DNA of 64,000 bases, from contig CAVQXP010000004.1 in assembly GCA_963717935.1 (NCBI GenBank), forward strand, positions 480,001 to 544,000, given 5' to 3'. Position numbers and translations under genes: made by a program. Origin of the DNA: Candidatus Eiseniibacteriota bacterium (GTDB lineage Bacteria > Eisenbacteria > RBG-16-71-46). Below, one piece after another: positions 32,671-45,804 of this stretch. The notes below the pieces were generated by a model. That model saw nothing but the letters and a program-made list of their open reading frames with translations. It made no database searches and had not been told where the DNA came from. Each line of letters begins with the position of its first letter. The stretch's first letter is position 1.

Positions 32671-33505
32671 GCGCCGCGCCCAGCCACCAGCGGGTCGAGA
32701 AGCTCTCTCGCCCCAGGGTGAGCGCGAAGACCACGGCGAAGACCGGCTCGAGCGCGAAGAGCAGCGCCACCCGGCCGGCGGGCAGCAGGCGCTGCGCGGA
32801 GATCTGCAGCAGCGGGGCCACGATGCTGCCCGCCGCGACCAGGTAGGCGAAGCGCCACCAGTCCGCCGCGGCGAGGCCGGCGAAGGGCGCGGCCGCGCGC
32901 GCCCGCGAACGGCAGCAGGACGAGGGTCACGGTGAGCGCCTGCACCGCCCCCAGCACGACCCCGTCGGCGCCCGGCGCGAACCGCGCGAGCACCACGATC
33001 TGCAGGCCGAAGATCGCCGCACCGCACAGCGTCCACAGCTCCCCCGGGCCGAGTCGCAGGCCGCCCGGCCCGGGCGCGCCCGCCGAGAGCAGGGCCGAGC
33101 CCGCCAGGGCCAGCAGCACGCCCTGCAGCAGCACGCCCGATGGCCGCTGGCCGAGGAGCGGCCACGCGTAGAAGGCCGCGAACAGGGTGCCCGCGCAGGT
33201 CAGGAAGGCCGAACTGCCCGCGCTCGTGTGCAGGAGCCCGATGGCCTGCGAGAGGAAGCCGGCGGCGAAGCAGCGCCCCGGCAAGCACGCCGCCGAGGAG
33301 CGTGGCGCGCGTGAGCCGAGCGCCGGCGGGGGAGCGCGAGCAGCACCAGCACGACGCTCGCGGCGGCGAAACGGCCGAAGACGAGCGCCAGCGGATCGAT
33401 CGCGTGCAGGCTGTCACGGATGACGACGAAGGTGGCGCCCCACAGCAGCGTGGCGGTCACCATCGCGCCCAGACCGCGCAACTGGGTCCGGGGCACGAGC
33501 GTCAC
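32591..33505 (-). CDS. DMT/EamA family transporter (frameshifted)
   Basis: 'LWGATFVVIR', 'GLLHTSAGSSAFLT', 'ALLFALEPVFA', 'GAALILAG'. Confidence 0.85.
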
Positions 33506-33506
33506 G

Positions 33507-36037
33507 CTACTCGCCGGGCTCCGCGGTGGGTCCGGCCCCGGCTTCTCCCCCGTTCCCGTTGCCGTTGCCGTTGCCGCCCTCGTCGTCCTCGCTCACCACC
33601 CGCGTGACCCCGGCCACCACGTCCGCCAGCAACTCGCCCTCGGTGGGCGTCAGGTTCACCAGCGTGACCCCCTGCGTGTTGCGGCCCATCACCGAGATGC
33701 CCCTTCACGGGCATGCGGATGAGCTGGCCGGAGCGGGTCATGATCATCAACTCGTCACCGTCCACGACCTCCTTCACGGCCACGATGCAGCCGTTCCGCT
33801 CGGTGGTCTTGATGGTGATGATGCCCTTGCCGCCGCGGTGGGAGACCCGGTACTCGGAGATCTCGCTGCGCTTGCCGAAGCCGTGCTCGGTGACGGCCAG
33901 GAGCGTCGACTGGCGCTTGACCCCGACCATGCTCACGACCTCGTCCTCGCCGTCGTCGAGCGTCACCGCCTTGACGCCGTAGGACGTGCGGCCCATGGCG
34001 CGAACCTCGTTCTCGTGGAAGCGGATGGCGAGGCCCTTCTTCTTCGCGAGGATGATGTCCTGCGTCCCGTCGGTGAGGATGGCCTCGATGAGTCCGTCTC
34101 CGTCTTCGAGCAGGATGGCGTTGATGCCGATCTTCCGCGGGTGGCTGTAGGCCGAGAGCACGGTCTTCTTGATGAGGCCCTTCCGCGTGGCGCACACCAG
34201 GTAGTGCTGGTCGTCGAACTCCTTGACCGCCACCACCGCCTGGACCCGCTCCTCGCGGCTCAGGCCCTCGAGGTGGTTCACGAGCGGCCGGCCCTTCGCC
34301 ATGCGGCCGGCCTGTTCGATCTCGTGCACCTTGAGCCAGTAGCAGCGGCCGCGGTCCGTGAGGATCAGCAGGTAGGAGTGCGTGTTGGCCACGAACAGGT
34401 GCTCGATGAAATCCTCTTCCTTCGTCCGCGCGCCGATCACGCCCTTGCCGCCGCGCCGTTGCGAGCGGTAGGCGGTGATCTCCTGCCGCTTGATGTAGCC
34501 GGCGTGCGAGATCGTGATCACCATGTCCTTCTGCTCGATGGTGTCCTCGTAGCCGATCTCGCCCTCCTCGCCCACGATCTCGGTGCGCCGGTCGTCGCCG
34601 TATTTCTCCTTCAGGCGCCGGACCTCGTCCTGGATGATGCCGAGCATCTTCTTCGGGCTGGCGAGGATCGAGCGCAGCCGCTCGATCAACTGGATGATCT
34701 CGAGGTACTCCTGCTCGACCTTCGTGCGCTCGAGCCCGGTCAGGCGCGACAGGCGCATCTCGAGGATGGCGTTCGCCTGGATCTCGCTCAGCTTGAACCG
34801 GCCCATGAGGCCCTGGCGCGCGGTGTCCACGTCCTTCGAGCCGCGGATCAGGGCGATGACGGCGTCGAGGTGATCGAGGGCGATCTTGAGGCCCTCGAGG
34901 ATGTGGGCGCGCTTCTCCGCCTCGGCGAGGTCGAACTCGCGTGCGACGCCTCACGACCTCCTGCCGGTGACGCACGTACTCGTCCACGAGTTGCCGCAGG
35001 TTCATCACCTGCGGCCGGTTCTCCACCAGGGCCAGCATGATCGCGCCGAAGGTCACCTGCAGCGGCGTGTGCACGAAGAGCTGGTTGAGCACGACCTTGG
35101 GGTTGGCGTCCTTCTTGAGTTCGATCACGACGCGCATGCCGTCGCGGTCGGACTCGTCGCGCAGGTCGCTGATGCCCGTGATGCGCCCCTGGCGCACGAG
35201 GTCGGCGATCTTCTCGAGCAGGTTCGCCTTGCTGACCTGGAACGGGATCTCGGTCGCCACCAGGCTCATGCGTCCGGCGCGGCCTTCTTCGACCTGGACG
35301 CGCGCGCGCACCTTGATGAGGCCGCGCCCGGTCGTGTAGCAGTCCCGAATGCCCTGCATCCCGTAGATGATGCCGCCCGTGGGGAAATCCGGTCCCTTGA
35401 CGATGTGGGCGAGCGCTTCGGGCGTGGCGTCCGGGTGCTCGATGACGTGCACGATGGCGTCGCACACTTCGCGGAGATTGTGCGGCGGCACCTCGGTCGC
35501 CATGCCCACGGCGATGCCCGAGCAACCGTTGACGAGCAGGTTCGGCAACACGCCCGGGAGCACGGTCGGCTCCTCGCGGGTCTCGTCGTAGTTGGGCCGC
35601 AGGTTCACCGTGTTCTTCTCGAGGTCCGCGAGCATCTCGACCGCGAGGTGGGTGAGCCGGGCCTCGGTGTAGCGCATGGCCGCCGGGGCGTCGCCGTCGA
35701 TCGAGCCGAAGTTGCCCTGGCCGTCCACCAGCGGATAGCGCATCACCCAGTTCTGCGCCAGGCGCACGAGCGTCGGGTAGACCACGCCCTCGCCGTGCGG
35801 GTGGTAGTTGCCCGAAGTGTCGCCGGCGATCTTGGCGCACTTCCGGTAGCCCCGCCCCGGCGCGAGGTTCAGGTCGTTCATCGCGACCAGGATGCGGCGC
35901 TGCGACGGCTTGAGCCCGTCGCGGACGTCGGGAAGCGCGCGGGAGACGATGACCGACATCGAGTAGTCGATGTAGCTGGTCTTCATCTCGTCTTCGATCT
36001 GCCTGTCGATGACCCTGGTGCGGTCGTTCAGTGCCAT
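33507..36037 (-). CDS. gyrA: DNA gyrase subunit A (frameshifts near 34945 and 33700)
   Basis: [25 protein letters not shown], GyrA-box QRRGGKG, beta-pinwheel repeats. Confidence 0.97.
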
Positions 36038-36095
36038 GCTCGCGTCCCTGCCTCACGCCCGGCGGGGATCCCGCCCGGGCGACGGTCTTGTCGTC

Positions 36096-38947
<2,852 letters not shown>

Positions 38948-38950
38948 GCG

Positions 38951-40102
38951 TTATGCCCCCGCGTCGGGGAGACGCAGCGGCATGATCAGGCAGAGCAGGT
39001 CGTCCTCGCTCTGCGGCAAGGAGCCCACGGGCTCGATGATCCCGGCCGAGAGCGGCGTCTTCAGCCGGAACAGGACCTGTTCCGTGGGGATACAGCGCAG
39101 GATCTCCAGCAGGTAGCCCGCGTTGTAGCCGATCTCGAGGGCATCCCCGTCGTACTCGGCCGCCAGCTTCTGCTCGCCGGCCCCCAGTTCCTGCGTGGTC
39201 GACGAGACCCCCAGGCCCCCCTTGCGCACCGAGAAGCGCACCTGCTTCGTCACGTTGTCGGCGTGCGAGGCGACGAGATCGATGGCCTGGATCAGGTCGT
39301 CGCGACGCGCGGTGAGGCTGCGCGGGTTGTCCTTCGGGATGACCTGATCGTAGTTCGGATAGGTCCCCTCGAGGAGCCGCGTGATGATCTGCACGCGGTA
39401 CTCCCCGACCTGCGTACTGAAGCCCGCCTGATTGCGACCGGTGGCGACCTCGATCTCGACCGGGCTCGTGGCCTCTTCCGCCGTGCGGCTCACGGTCTGG
39501 AGAGCGCGCGTCGGCACGATGATGCCCTGCGCGGTGAGACCCGCGTACGCGCCCTTGCGTGAAGCCCGTGAGAGCCGATGACCATCGGTGGCGACGAAGG
39601 TCAGTCCCTTCTCCGTGCCCACGAGCAGCACGCCATTCAACTGCGGGCGCGTCTCCTCGGTCGAGGAGGAGTACATGGTCCGCGCCGCCAGCCGGGAGAG
39701 CGTGGCTCCATCGAGCGTGATCCGCGACTCACCCTTCAACTCGGGGATGCGCGGGAACTCAGCAGGGTCCTGTGAGGGGAACCGCGACCAACCCTTACCT
39801 TCGCCGTAGTCCACCTGGCATTGTCCATCGCGCACCGTCAGCGTCAGCATGCCCTTTGGCATCTTCCGCACGACCTCGTGAAAATGCCGCGCCGAGACCG
39901 CGACCTTGCCGGGGCTGGAGACGGTGCACGGCACCCGCACAGAGGTCGTCACGTCGAGGTCGGTGCCCGTCACGCGCAGGCCACTCTTCTCGGCCTCGAT
40001 CAGCACGCAACTCAGGAGCGGCAGGGGACTCTTGCTCGCCACCGATCCCAGGGCCCGCGCAACGGCGAAAGCGAGGTCGCCCTGCTGGATGGTCAGCTCC
40101 AT
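38951..40102 (-). CDS. dnaN: DNA polymerase III beta sliding clamp
   Basis: GTDLD, RPQLNGV, VATDGHRL, RLLEGTYPNY, IGYNAGYL, LIMPLRL. Confidence 0.97.
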   Translation of the reverse strand: MELTIQQGDLAFAVARALGSVASKSPLPLLSCVLIEAEKSGLRVTGTDLDVTTSVRVPCTVSSPGKVAVSARHFHEVVRKMPKGMLTLTVRDGQCQVDYGEGKGWSRFPSQDPAEFPRIPELKGESRITLDGATLSRLAARTMYSSSTEETRPQLNGVLLVGTEKGLTFVATDGHRLSRASRKGAYAGLTAQGIIVPTRALQTVSRTAEEATSPVEIEVATGRNQAGFSTQVGEYRVQIITRLLEGTYPNYDQVIPKDNPRSLTARRDDLIQAIDLVASHADNVTKQVRFSVRKGGLGVSSTTQELGAGEQKLAAEYDGDALEIGYNAGYLLEILRCIPTEQVLFRLKTPLSAGIIEPVGSLPQSEDDLLCLIMPLRLPDAGA

Positions 40103-40239
40103 AAAGGTCACTCCCTGACTGGGGGAAACCCAAGTCCGGCCACGGGTTCCGCGGGGCGGAACGACGATCGCCGGAGGCTCACGTCCGAAACCAAGGCATC
40201 ATAGGCGGCACAGGGGTGGTCTGCAAGTGATTTCAGGCT

Positions 40240-40463
40240 GCTGCCTATGACTCTAACTGCTTGTTAAGCAATAAGAAAAAGACTAGTAGCCGTAGGGGTT
40301 GCGGACTCTGTGGAAGACCGCTTTCGAGTGCCCGCAAGCGGCATCCCGACAAGGCCTGGAAGGGAATCCGGCGGGTGTGGGAAGACCCGCCCCTTCTGCA
40401 CCGTTCTGCCGGTTCCTTGCCCGGCAGGGCCGGGTATCCCCCGCCCTCCACACGTTATCCACA
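40240..40463. other. oriC, dnaA-dnaN part: AT-rich unwinding element, DnaA-trio-like TAG repeats and DnaA boxes
   Basis: AT-rich TTGTTAAGCAATAAGAAAAAGAC, then TAGTAG..TAG (40284-95), a GGGG run and degenerate boxes; perfect TTATCCACA at 40455-63. Confidence 0.8.
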
Positions 40464-40465
40464 GC

Positions 40466-41851
40466 TCATCCAGCGGCCAGAGTGGAGATGAGCCCGTTGA
40501 TGCGCTCCGCGAACTCGCTGTCGGTCGCCACCATCGTGCCCACCTTCTCGCAGGCGTAGATGACGGTGGAGTGATCCCGACCGCCAAAGACGCGGCCGAT
40601 GTCCACCAGCGAGAGCTCCGTGAGCTGCCGCAGCAGGTACATCGCGACCTGCCGGGGCAGGGCCACGGAGCGCGTCCGTCGCTGGCCGAACAAAGCCTCG
40701 GCCTTGATGCTGAACTGTTCGGCCACCAGCGCCACGATGCGCTCGGGCGTGAGCTGGTCGGCCTCCGCGTTGACGTAGTGCTGGAGCACCTCCTCGGCCA
40801 GCTCGAGCGAGATCTCCTGGCCGGTCAGGGCGGCCACCGCCATCAATCGCACCAGACAGCCTTCGAGGTCGCGGATGTTCGTGCGGACGCGGTCCGCGAT
40901 GAGGAGCAGCACGTCCTCCGAGAGACGCACGTCGGCGCCCTCCTGGTCGCAGCGGTTGCGCAGGATGGCGATGCGGGTCTCGAGGTCGGGCTGCTTGATG
41001 TCGGTGACGAGGCCCTGGTTGAAGCGGGAGGTGAGGCGCGCCTCGAGCATCGGGATGTCCTTGGGTGGCTTGTCCGCGGTCACCACGATCTGCTTGTGCG
41101 CGTCGCGCAACGCGTTGAAGGTGTAGAAGAACTCCTCCTGCGTGCTCTCCTTCCCCGCCAGGAACTGGATGTCGTCGATCAGGAGCAGGTCTACGTTCCG
41201 GTACTTGTTGCGGAACGCCAGCGTCTGGGCGTGCTGGATCGCGTAGATCATCTCGTTGGTGAAACGTTCGGCCGGCACGTAGTAGACGCGCAAGCCGGGC
41301 CTGTTGCACATCACCTGGTGACCGATGGCGTGCAGCAGGTGGGTCTTGCCCAGGCCCGAGCCGCCGAAGATGAAGAGCGGGTTGTAGGAGTGTCCGGGGT
41401 TCTGTGCGACGGCCATGCAGGCGGCGTGCGTGAAGCGATTGCTGCTGCCGACGACGAAACTCTCGAACGTGTGCCGGGGGCTCAGCTGGCTGTCGAGCCA
41501 CAGACGCGCGGCGCGCGGCTCGACGGTCGCGCCCGTCACGGGGCCGGGGCGGGGCTCGACGGGCGGCGCGGGGGCCGTGGGCTCGAGGGCCAGGAAGCGG
41601 ACCTCGGGCGTGGCGCCCAGCACCTCCGACAGGCTCTGACGCAGCGCGGTCAGGTGGTGCTCGTGGATCCAATCCACGAAGAAGGCGTTGGGGACTTCCA
41701 ACTCGACGAACTGGGCGCTGATCGCGCGGGGGATGATCGGCTTGAACCAGGTGTCCAGCGCCTGGGGGCTGCCGAGCCTGCCGCGCACGGAGTCGAGGAC
41801 TTGAGCCCAGACCTGGCTCGTCTCCTCCGAAAGCAACGACTGGACGGCCAT
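40466..41851 (-). CDS. dnaA: Chromosomal replication initiator DnaA
   Basis: YNPLFIFGGSGLGKTHL, LLIDDIQF, QEEFF.TFN, RL.SRF, R.LEG, RQVAMYL, GGRDHSTV. Confidence 0.98.
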   Translation of the reverse strand: MAVQSLLSEETSQVWAQVLDSVRGRLGSPQALDTWFKPIIPRAISAQFVELEVPNAFFVDWIHEHHLTALRQSLSEVLGATPEVRFLALEPTAPAPPVEPRPGPVTGATVEPRAARLWLDSQLSPRHTFESFVVGSSNRFTHAACMAVAQNPGHSYNPLFIFGGSGLGKTHLLHAIGHQVMCNRPGLRVYYVPAERFTNEMIYAIQHAQTLAFRNKYRNVDLLLIDDIQFLAGKESTQEEFFYTFNALRDAHKQIVVTADKPPKDIPMLEARLTSRFNQGLVTDIKQPDLETRIAILRNRCDQEGADVRLSEDVLLLIADRVRTNIRDLEGCLVRLMAVAALTGQEISLELAEEVLQHYVNAEADQLTPERIVALVAEQFSIKAEALFGQRRTRSVALPRQVAMYLLRQLTELSLVDIGRVFGGRDHSTVIYACEKVGTMVATDSEFAERINGLISTLAAG

Positions 41852-41882
41852 TTCAACGGTCCTTGCTGAAAGGTCGCGAGAG

Positions 41883-42061
41883 TTGTCCACAGGGCGCCGG
41901 GTTGAGGCGGCCTCAGCCAGCCGGGGCCCGGAGCTCTGGGGTGCGACGGTTTGTGGAGAATGTGGAAAGGACTTATCAACACCAGGGGCAGTGGTTCTAT
42001 CTCATTTGGCAGAAAGGTCTTGGATTCTGTCGCACCTCCTTCCCTCCACACCTTTTCCACA
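41883..42061. promoter_or_regulatory. DnaA-box cluster upstream of dnaA (second part of oriC and/or autoregulation)
   Basis: TTGTCCACA 41883-91, TGTGGAGAA 41952-60, TGTGGAAAG 41961-69, TTATCAACA 41973-81, TTTTCCACA 42053-61. Confidence 0.75.
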
Positions 42062-42347
42062 TCTTGCCAGCGAGCGCCCGCGAGACCGCGAAACGAACCG
42101 CGCGGCGATCTGCCCCCGCAGACTGAAGGCATTCTATTGCTTTCGTTTGACAGGGATTGCCGATTCCCGCGAGCGGCGGCCAGAGAGGGGCTCCGCTCGG
42201 GGGCCGCGAGGCTAGCACTGCCGACAGGGCCCCACAAGGCCCATTTTGGCGCCGGAAGCGTCGCCGCAACGTGCTGCAATATAGCCAGTTGCGTCTGACG
42301 AAACACCCGCGCAGTGACGCCGACCCCGGCCGCCCGCGGTCACCGGC

Positions 42348-42986
42348 TCAGAAGGGAAGATTGACCCCCGCCGAAAAGGCCGTGCGGTCGGCGAAATCGT
42401 CCCCGAGGAGCAACTGAAGCTCCGCCGTGATGTGCGCGCCGGGAATGGCGCGCAGCTCCGCTCCCAGCCGGAGAGGCACCGAGAAGTCGGTCTCGCTCTC
42501 GTCGCCCAGGTCCACGCTCGAAAAGCAGAGCATCGCGCCGGCGTACGGCGCGATCGACGAGTTGCCCGAGAAGGGGAAGGCGTGGCTGGCCACGACCGAG
42601 GGGCCGAGCTTGAGCACCGAGTAGTTGTCGCTCGTCTCCACGCCGAGCGCCCCGCCCACCGCGATGTCCACCGGGTGGCCCGCGGCCGCCTTCGCCGCAC
42701 CGAAGCGCACGTCAGCGCCCAGGCGCAGCGAGGTCTTGGTGGTCGTTTCCAGGTCGAGTCGCGCGAGCCCGCCCTGGAAGCCGAAGTCCACGTTCGGATA
42801 GAAACTCAGCCGCAACTGGCCCAGCGCGCCGACGACGTTCTCGCTGAAGTTCACGTAGGCGCCGCCCGTCCGCGCGTTCACGGGCAGGATCTCGGCGGGC
42901 GTGTACTGCCCGAACACCTGGGCGTAGGTTGCGGGGGCGGGCACGAGGCTCGCGAGCAGCAGGGCGAGCGGCAGGGTCCTCTTCAC
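42348..42986 (-). CDS. Outer-membrane beta-barrel protein
   Basis: SD GGAGG, GTG start, signal peptide, amphipathic strands, C-terminal 'FSAGVNLPF'. Confidence 0.75.
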   Translation of the reverse strand: MKRTLPLALLLASLVPAPATYAQVFGQYTPAEILPVNARTGGAYVNFSENVVGALGQLRLSFYPNVDFGFQGGLARLDLETTTKTSLRLGADVRFGAAKAAAGHPVDIAVGGALGVETSDNYSVLKLGPSVVASHAFPFSGNSSIAPYAGAMLCFSSVDLGDESETDFSVPLRLGAELRAIPGAHITAELQLLLGDDFADRTAFSAGVNLPF

Positions 42987-43140
42987 GTTCAACCTCCATG
43001 TCGAAAGAGTGGGTGGTTCCGATCCGTGGGTGCCCGCGCACGGTCGCAAATCCGTGAAACCGCGGTCAAGCAGAAACGCCCCCGCGCCGGCGCCGGCGCG
43101 CCGGTCGTGGGGTGGGGGGCGCCGGCCACGATCGGCGGGA

Positions 43141-44026
43141 TCAGCCATCACGTGCCGCGTCGAAGAAGGCGGAGGTCCACCGCGCGCACGGGCGGAAGCC
43201 AAGCCGCCGGTAGACCGCGATCGCGGGGGCGTTGGAATCGTTCACGAACAGGCAGGCCGCCCGGGTGCGCGCGAACAGGCGCATGCACAGCTCGGCGAGG
43301 CCCCTTCGCGCGAGGCCGTGGTTGCGGTGCTCCGGCGGCACGAAGACGGCCGAGATCTGCACGGCGTCCGCGGTGAGCGCGCTCAGGCTGGCGCGGAAGC
43401 GCAGCGCGGCGTTCGCCAGCCAGAGATAGGTATGGCCCTGGCGGCACTCCTCCTCGACCCGCCGGGCGTAGGTCTCCGGGTCCGCCAGCCGCGGGTCCTC
43501 TCCGAGCTCCTCCGCGCGCAGCTCGGCGCCGGTGCGGTGGACGAGGTCGTAGTCCTCGGGGCGCGCCGGCCGCAACTCGGCGAGGCGCTCGAAGGACGGC
43601 AGTCCGCCGCGCTCGACCGCCATGTAGGTCTGCGGCAGTTCGAGCCGGGGGGCGAGGCCCGCCGCGCGCAGGCGGGCCACCACGGCCGCGACCGCCGCCC
43701 GGGGGCCGACGACCTGGAAGCGGCGCGGGACGACGGAAAGCCGCTCCGCGACGCACCCGGCGAGGGCGGCCAGCGCCGCGGGGTCGTCGCCCAGGGGCAG
43801 GACGGCCCCGCGAGGCGCCGCCCAGGCAGACGAGGCCCGCGAGCGCGCCGCCGCGGCGCGCCACCCAGTACTCGTCGCGCGGCGCGTCCAGCCCGTCGCG
43901 CAGCACCAGGGCCACGAGGTAGGCGTTCACGACCGGGTCGCGGTCGAGCCAGCCGAAGACCTCGAGCATCTCGGGGTAGCCGGCCCGCTCGACGGTGACC
44001 GCGGTGGAGTCGGCGTGGTGGGACAT
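43141..44026 (-). CDS. GNAT family N-acetyltransferase (DUF4081-like), frameshifted
   Basis: 'QISAVFVPPEHRNHGLA', 'LFVNDSNAPAIAVYRRLGF'; N-terminal 'LDRDPVVNAYL' in another frame. Confidence 0.85.
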
Positions 44027-44102
44027 GGGGCTCCTTCGCGGCGAGGGTCCGCGCGCACGGCCGCAATCTAAACCGCGGGGGTGCGGCGGACAACCGCCCC
44101 GC

Positions 44103-44465
44103 TCACTCCTCCGCGGCGGCACTCCTCCCCCGGCCGCGCTTCTTCCGGGCCTCGAGCCGCTTGCCGGCGAGGCGCTTCTCGACGGCGCTGCGCGTCGGTC
44201 TCGTGGGCCGGCGGGGCTTCGGCCGGTGGGCGCGGCGCTTCAACTCCTCGAGCACGCGCGCGAGCGCGGCCTCGCGGTTACGCGCCTGCGAGCGGCTCTC
44301 GGTGCCGATTCGCACGATGCCGCTCGGCAGGTGGCGCACGCGCACGCTGGACTCGGTCTTGTTCTTCTTCTGCCCGCCGGGTCCCGACGACTTGAAGGGT
44401 GTGATCTCGCAGTCGTGGGCGAGGCGCTCGAGGGCGGGGGCGAGCGGCATGGCGGCGGGCGTCAC
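44103..44465 (-). CDS. GGQ peptidyl-tRNA hydrolase, ArfB/RF-1-domain-like rescue factor
   Basis: SSGPGGQKKNKTESSVR..H.PSGI, RSQARNR, basic tail 'RPKPRRPTRPTRSAVEKRL..K'. Confidence 0.88.
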   Translation of the reverse strand: MTPAAMPLAPALERLAHDCEITPFKSSGPGGQKKNKTESSVRVRHLPSGIVRIGTESRSQARNREAALARVLEELKRRAHRPKPRRPTRPTRSAVEKRLAGKRLEARKKRGRGRSAAAEE

Positions 44466-45433
44466 TCCCCGGCGCGGATGCGGGCCACGACCCGGCCTGC
44501 GATCAGACGATCCAGCGCCGTGCGGTCGGGCGCGTCCAGCACGATGAAATCGCTCTCGTCGGGGCCCGGGAGCAGGAGCAACTGCCGCCCGTTCCAGAGG
44601 GCGCGGCTCAGGATCAGGTGGCCCGAGAGCCGCACCGCGAGCGGGGCGAAGCGCTCCAGCGGCCAGCTCCTCCGGCTGACGATGGCCAGGTCGCCGGCCG
44701 CGAGCACGTCGTTTACGCGCCGGACGCCCGCCGCGGAGACACGGAACGCGAACGGCCGCACGGGCGGCTCGATCCCGGCGAGCGAGTCGGCGGCGATGCG
44801 ATGCACCTCGCGAACGTCCGGGCCCGAGCGGGCGCCTTCACCCGGGTCGGCGCCCTCCCCGATCTCGGGCACCAGGATCTTCGCCTGGGGCACTTCCGTC
44901 GCGGGTGGCACCGGTGGGATCTCTCGCACGTCGCGTGAGCGCGCCTCGCGGTCGTGCTCGCGCGCGCCGGGGATCGGCCGGGCCCGTTCGAGGCCGCCCG
45001 GCGGCGCCGTCGTGATCGTCACAGGGGGCCCCTCCGCCTCGCGCTGCGACGGCGAGGGCCCGTCTCCTCCCCCGGCGGCCAGCCCCGCGTACTTCGCAGC
45101 CCCCAGCGTCTCGGCGAGGACCTGCACGGCCCGGGCCGTCTGGAAGGGATCCGAGCGCTTCCCCGTCGCCGACCAGGCGAGGTAGATGCGCGGGTCGTCG
45201 CGCAGCGCGTCCGCCAGGCGCGACGCCAGCGCGGGATGCGGGGTCTTCGCCCCGCTCTCGATCTGCGAGAGATAGGACGCCGACGACTGCCGCAGGCCGA
45301 CCTTGAGCGCGACCTCGCGCACCGTGAGTCCCAGCGCCTCCCGACGCTGCCTCATGTGGGCCCCGACGGGGTGCCCGGTCGGCTTCGGGGGCCGGCCGCG
45401 CCTGGGCGGCTCGAGTGGGTTCATGGGCGGCAT
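44462..45433 (-). CDS. XRE-family HTH regulator with AT-hook-like N-terminus and degenerate S24-peptidase-like C-terminal domain
   Basis: RRGRPPKP; HTH 'RREALGLTVREVA...SYLSQIESG.K.P'; C-terminal 'VPEIGEG..G', 'FAFRVS', 'AGDLAIV', 'IAGRVV'. Confidence 0.75.
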   Translation of the reverse strand: MPPMNPLEPPRRGRPPKPTGHPVGAHMRQRREALGLTVREVALKVGLRQSSASYLSQIESGAKTPHPALASRLADALRDDPRIYLAWSATGKRSDPFQTARAVQVLAETLGAAKYAGLAAGGGDGPSPSQREAEGPPVTITTAPPGGLERARPIPGAREHDREARSRDVREIPPVPPATEVPQAKILVPEIGEGADPGEGARSGPDVREVHRIAADSLAGIEPPVRPFAFRVSAAGVRRVNDVLAAGDLAIVSRRSWPLERFAPLAVRLSGHLILSRALWNGRQLLLLPGPDESDFIVLDAPDRTALDRLIAGRVVARIRAGE

Positions 45434-45459
45434 GGTAGACCAGCAGTAGATTTGTTACC

Positions 45460-45481
45460 AGATGTGGAAAAAAAGACATCT
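45460..45481. promoter_or_regulatory. Palindromic operator-like site in an AT-rich divergent promoter region
   Basis: AGATGT-N10-ACATCT, about 27 nt upstream of the XRE start codon. Confidence 0.5.
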
Positions 45482-45486
45482 TGGAT

Positions 45487-45712
45487 TTGAGAGCGCAATG
45501 GGTCTGCCACCTCGCAAGGGCTCGAGTTCCAGGCTCTCCGGAGGAACGGCGGCCACGCTGAACGACCACAAACGCTCTCAATGCCCGGCCGGCACGATAA
45601 CGTCCGCCTTCCCAAGTGTTTCCAGGAGAACGCTTCGGACGCGGGCCTCGCGGGAGATCGGCTTCGGCGCCAGCCCGGGCAGAAGGTCGCGGACCTGGAC
45701 GCCACGCCCGGG
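45487..45712 (+). ncRNA. Candidate structured RNA divergent from the XRE regulator
   Basis: TTGAGAGCG (45487-95) pairs with CGCTCTCAA (45573-81); CGTCCG/CGGACG (45601-06/45636-41) encloses AAGTGTTT/GAACGCTT; starts just after TTACCA-N16-CATCTT. Confidence 0.4.
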
Positions 45713-45804
45713 CCGGGGCGTGCTCGAGCGCGGGGATTCGGGGTGTGCGGTGGGAGGGGGGCGCACGGCAGGGGCGCGATCCGCCCTGTGCTAGCCTCGC
45801 GTGC

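Noticed and set aside
44462..45800. Prophage immunity region
   Set aside because: No integrase, convincing cro ORF, structural genes or att repeats; the flanks are housekeeping genes.
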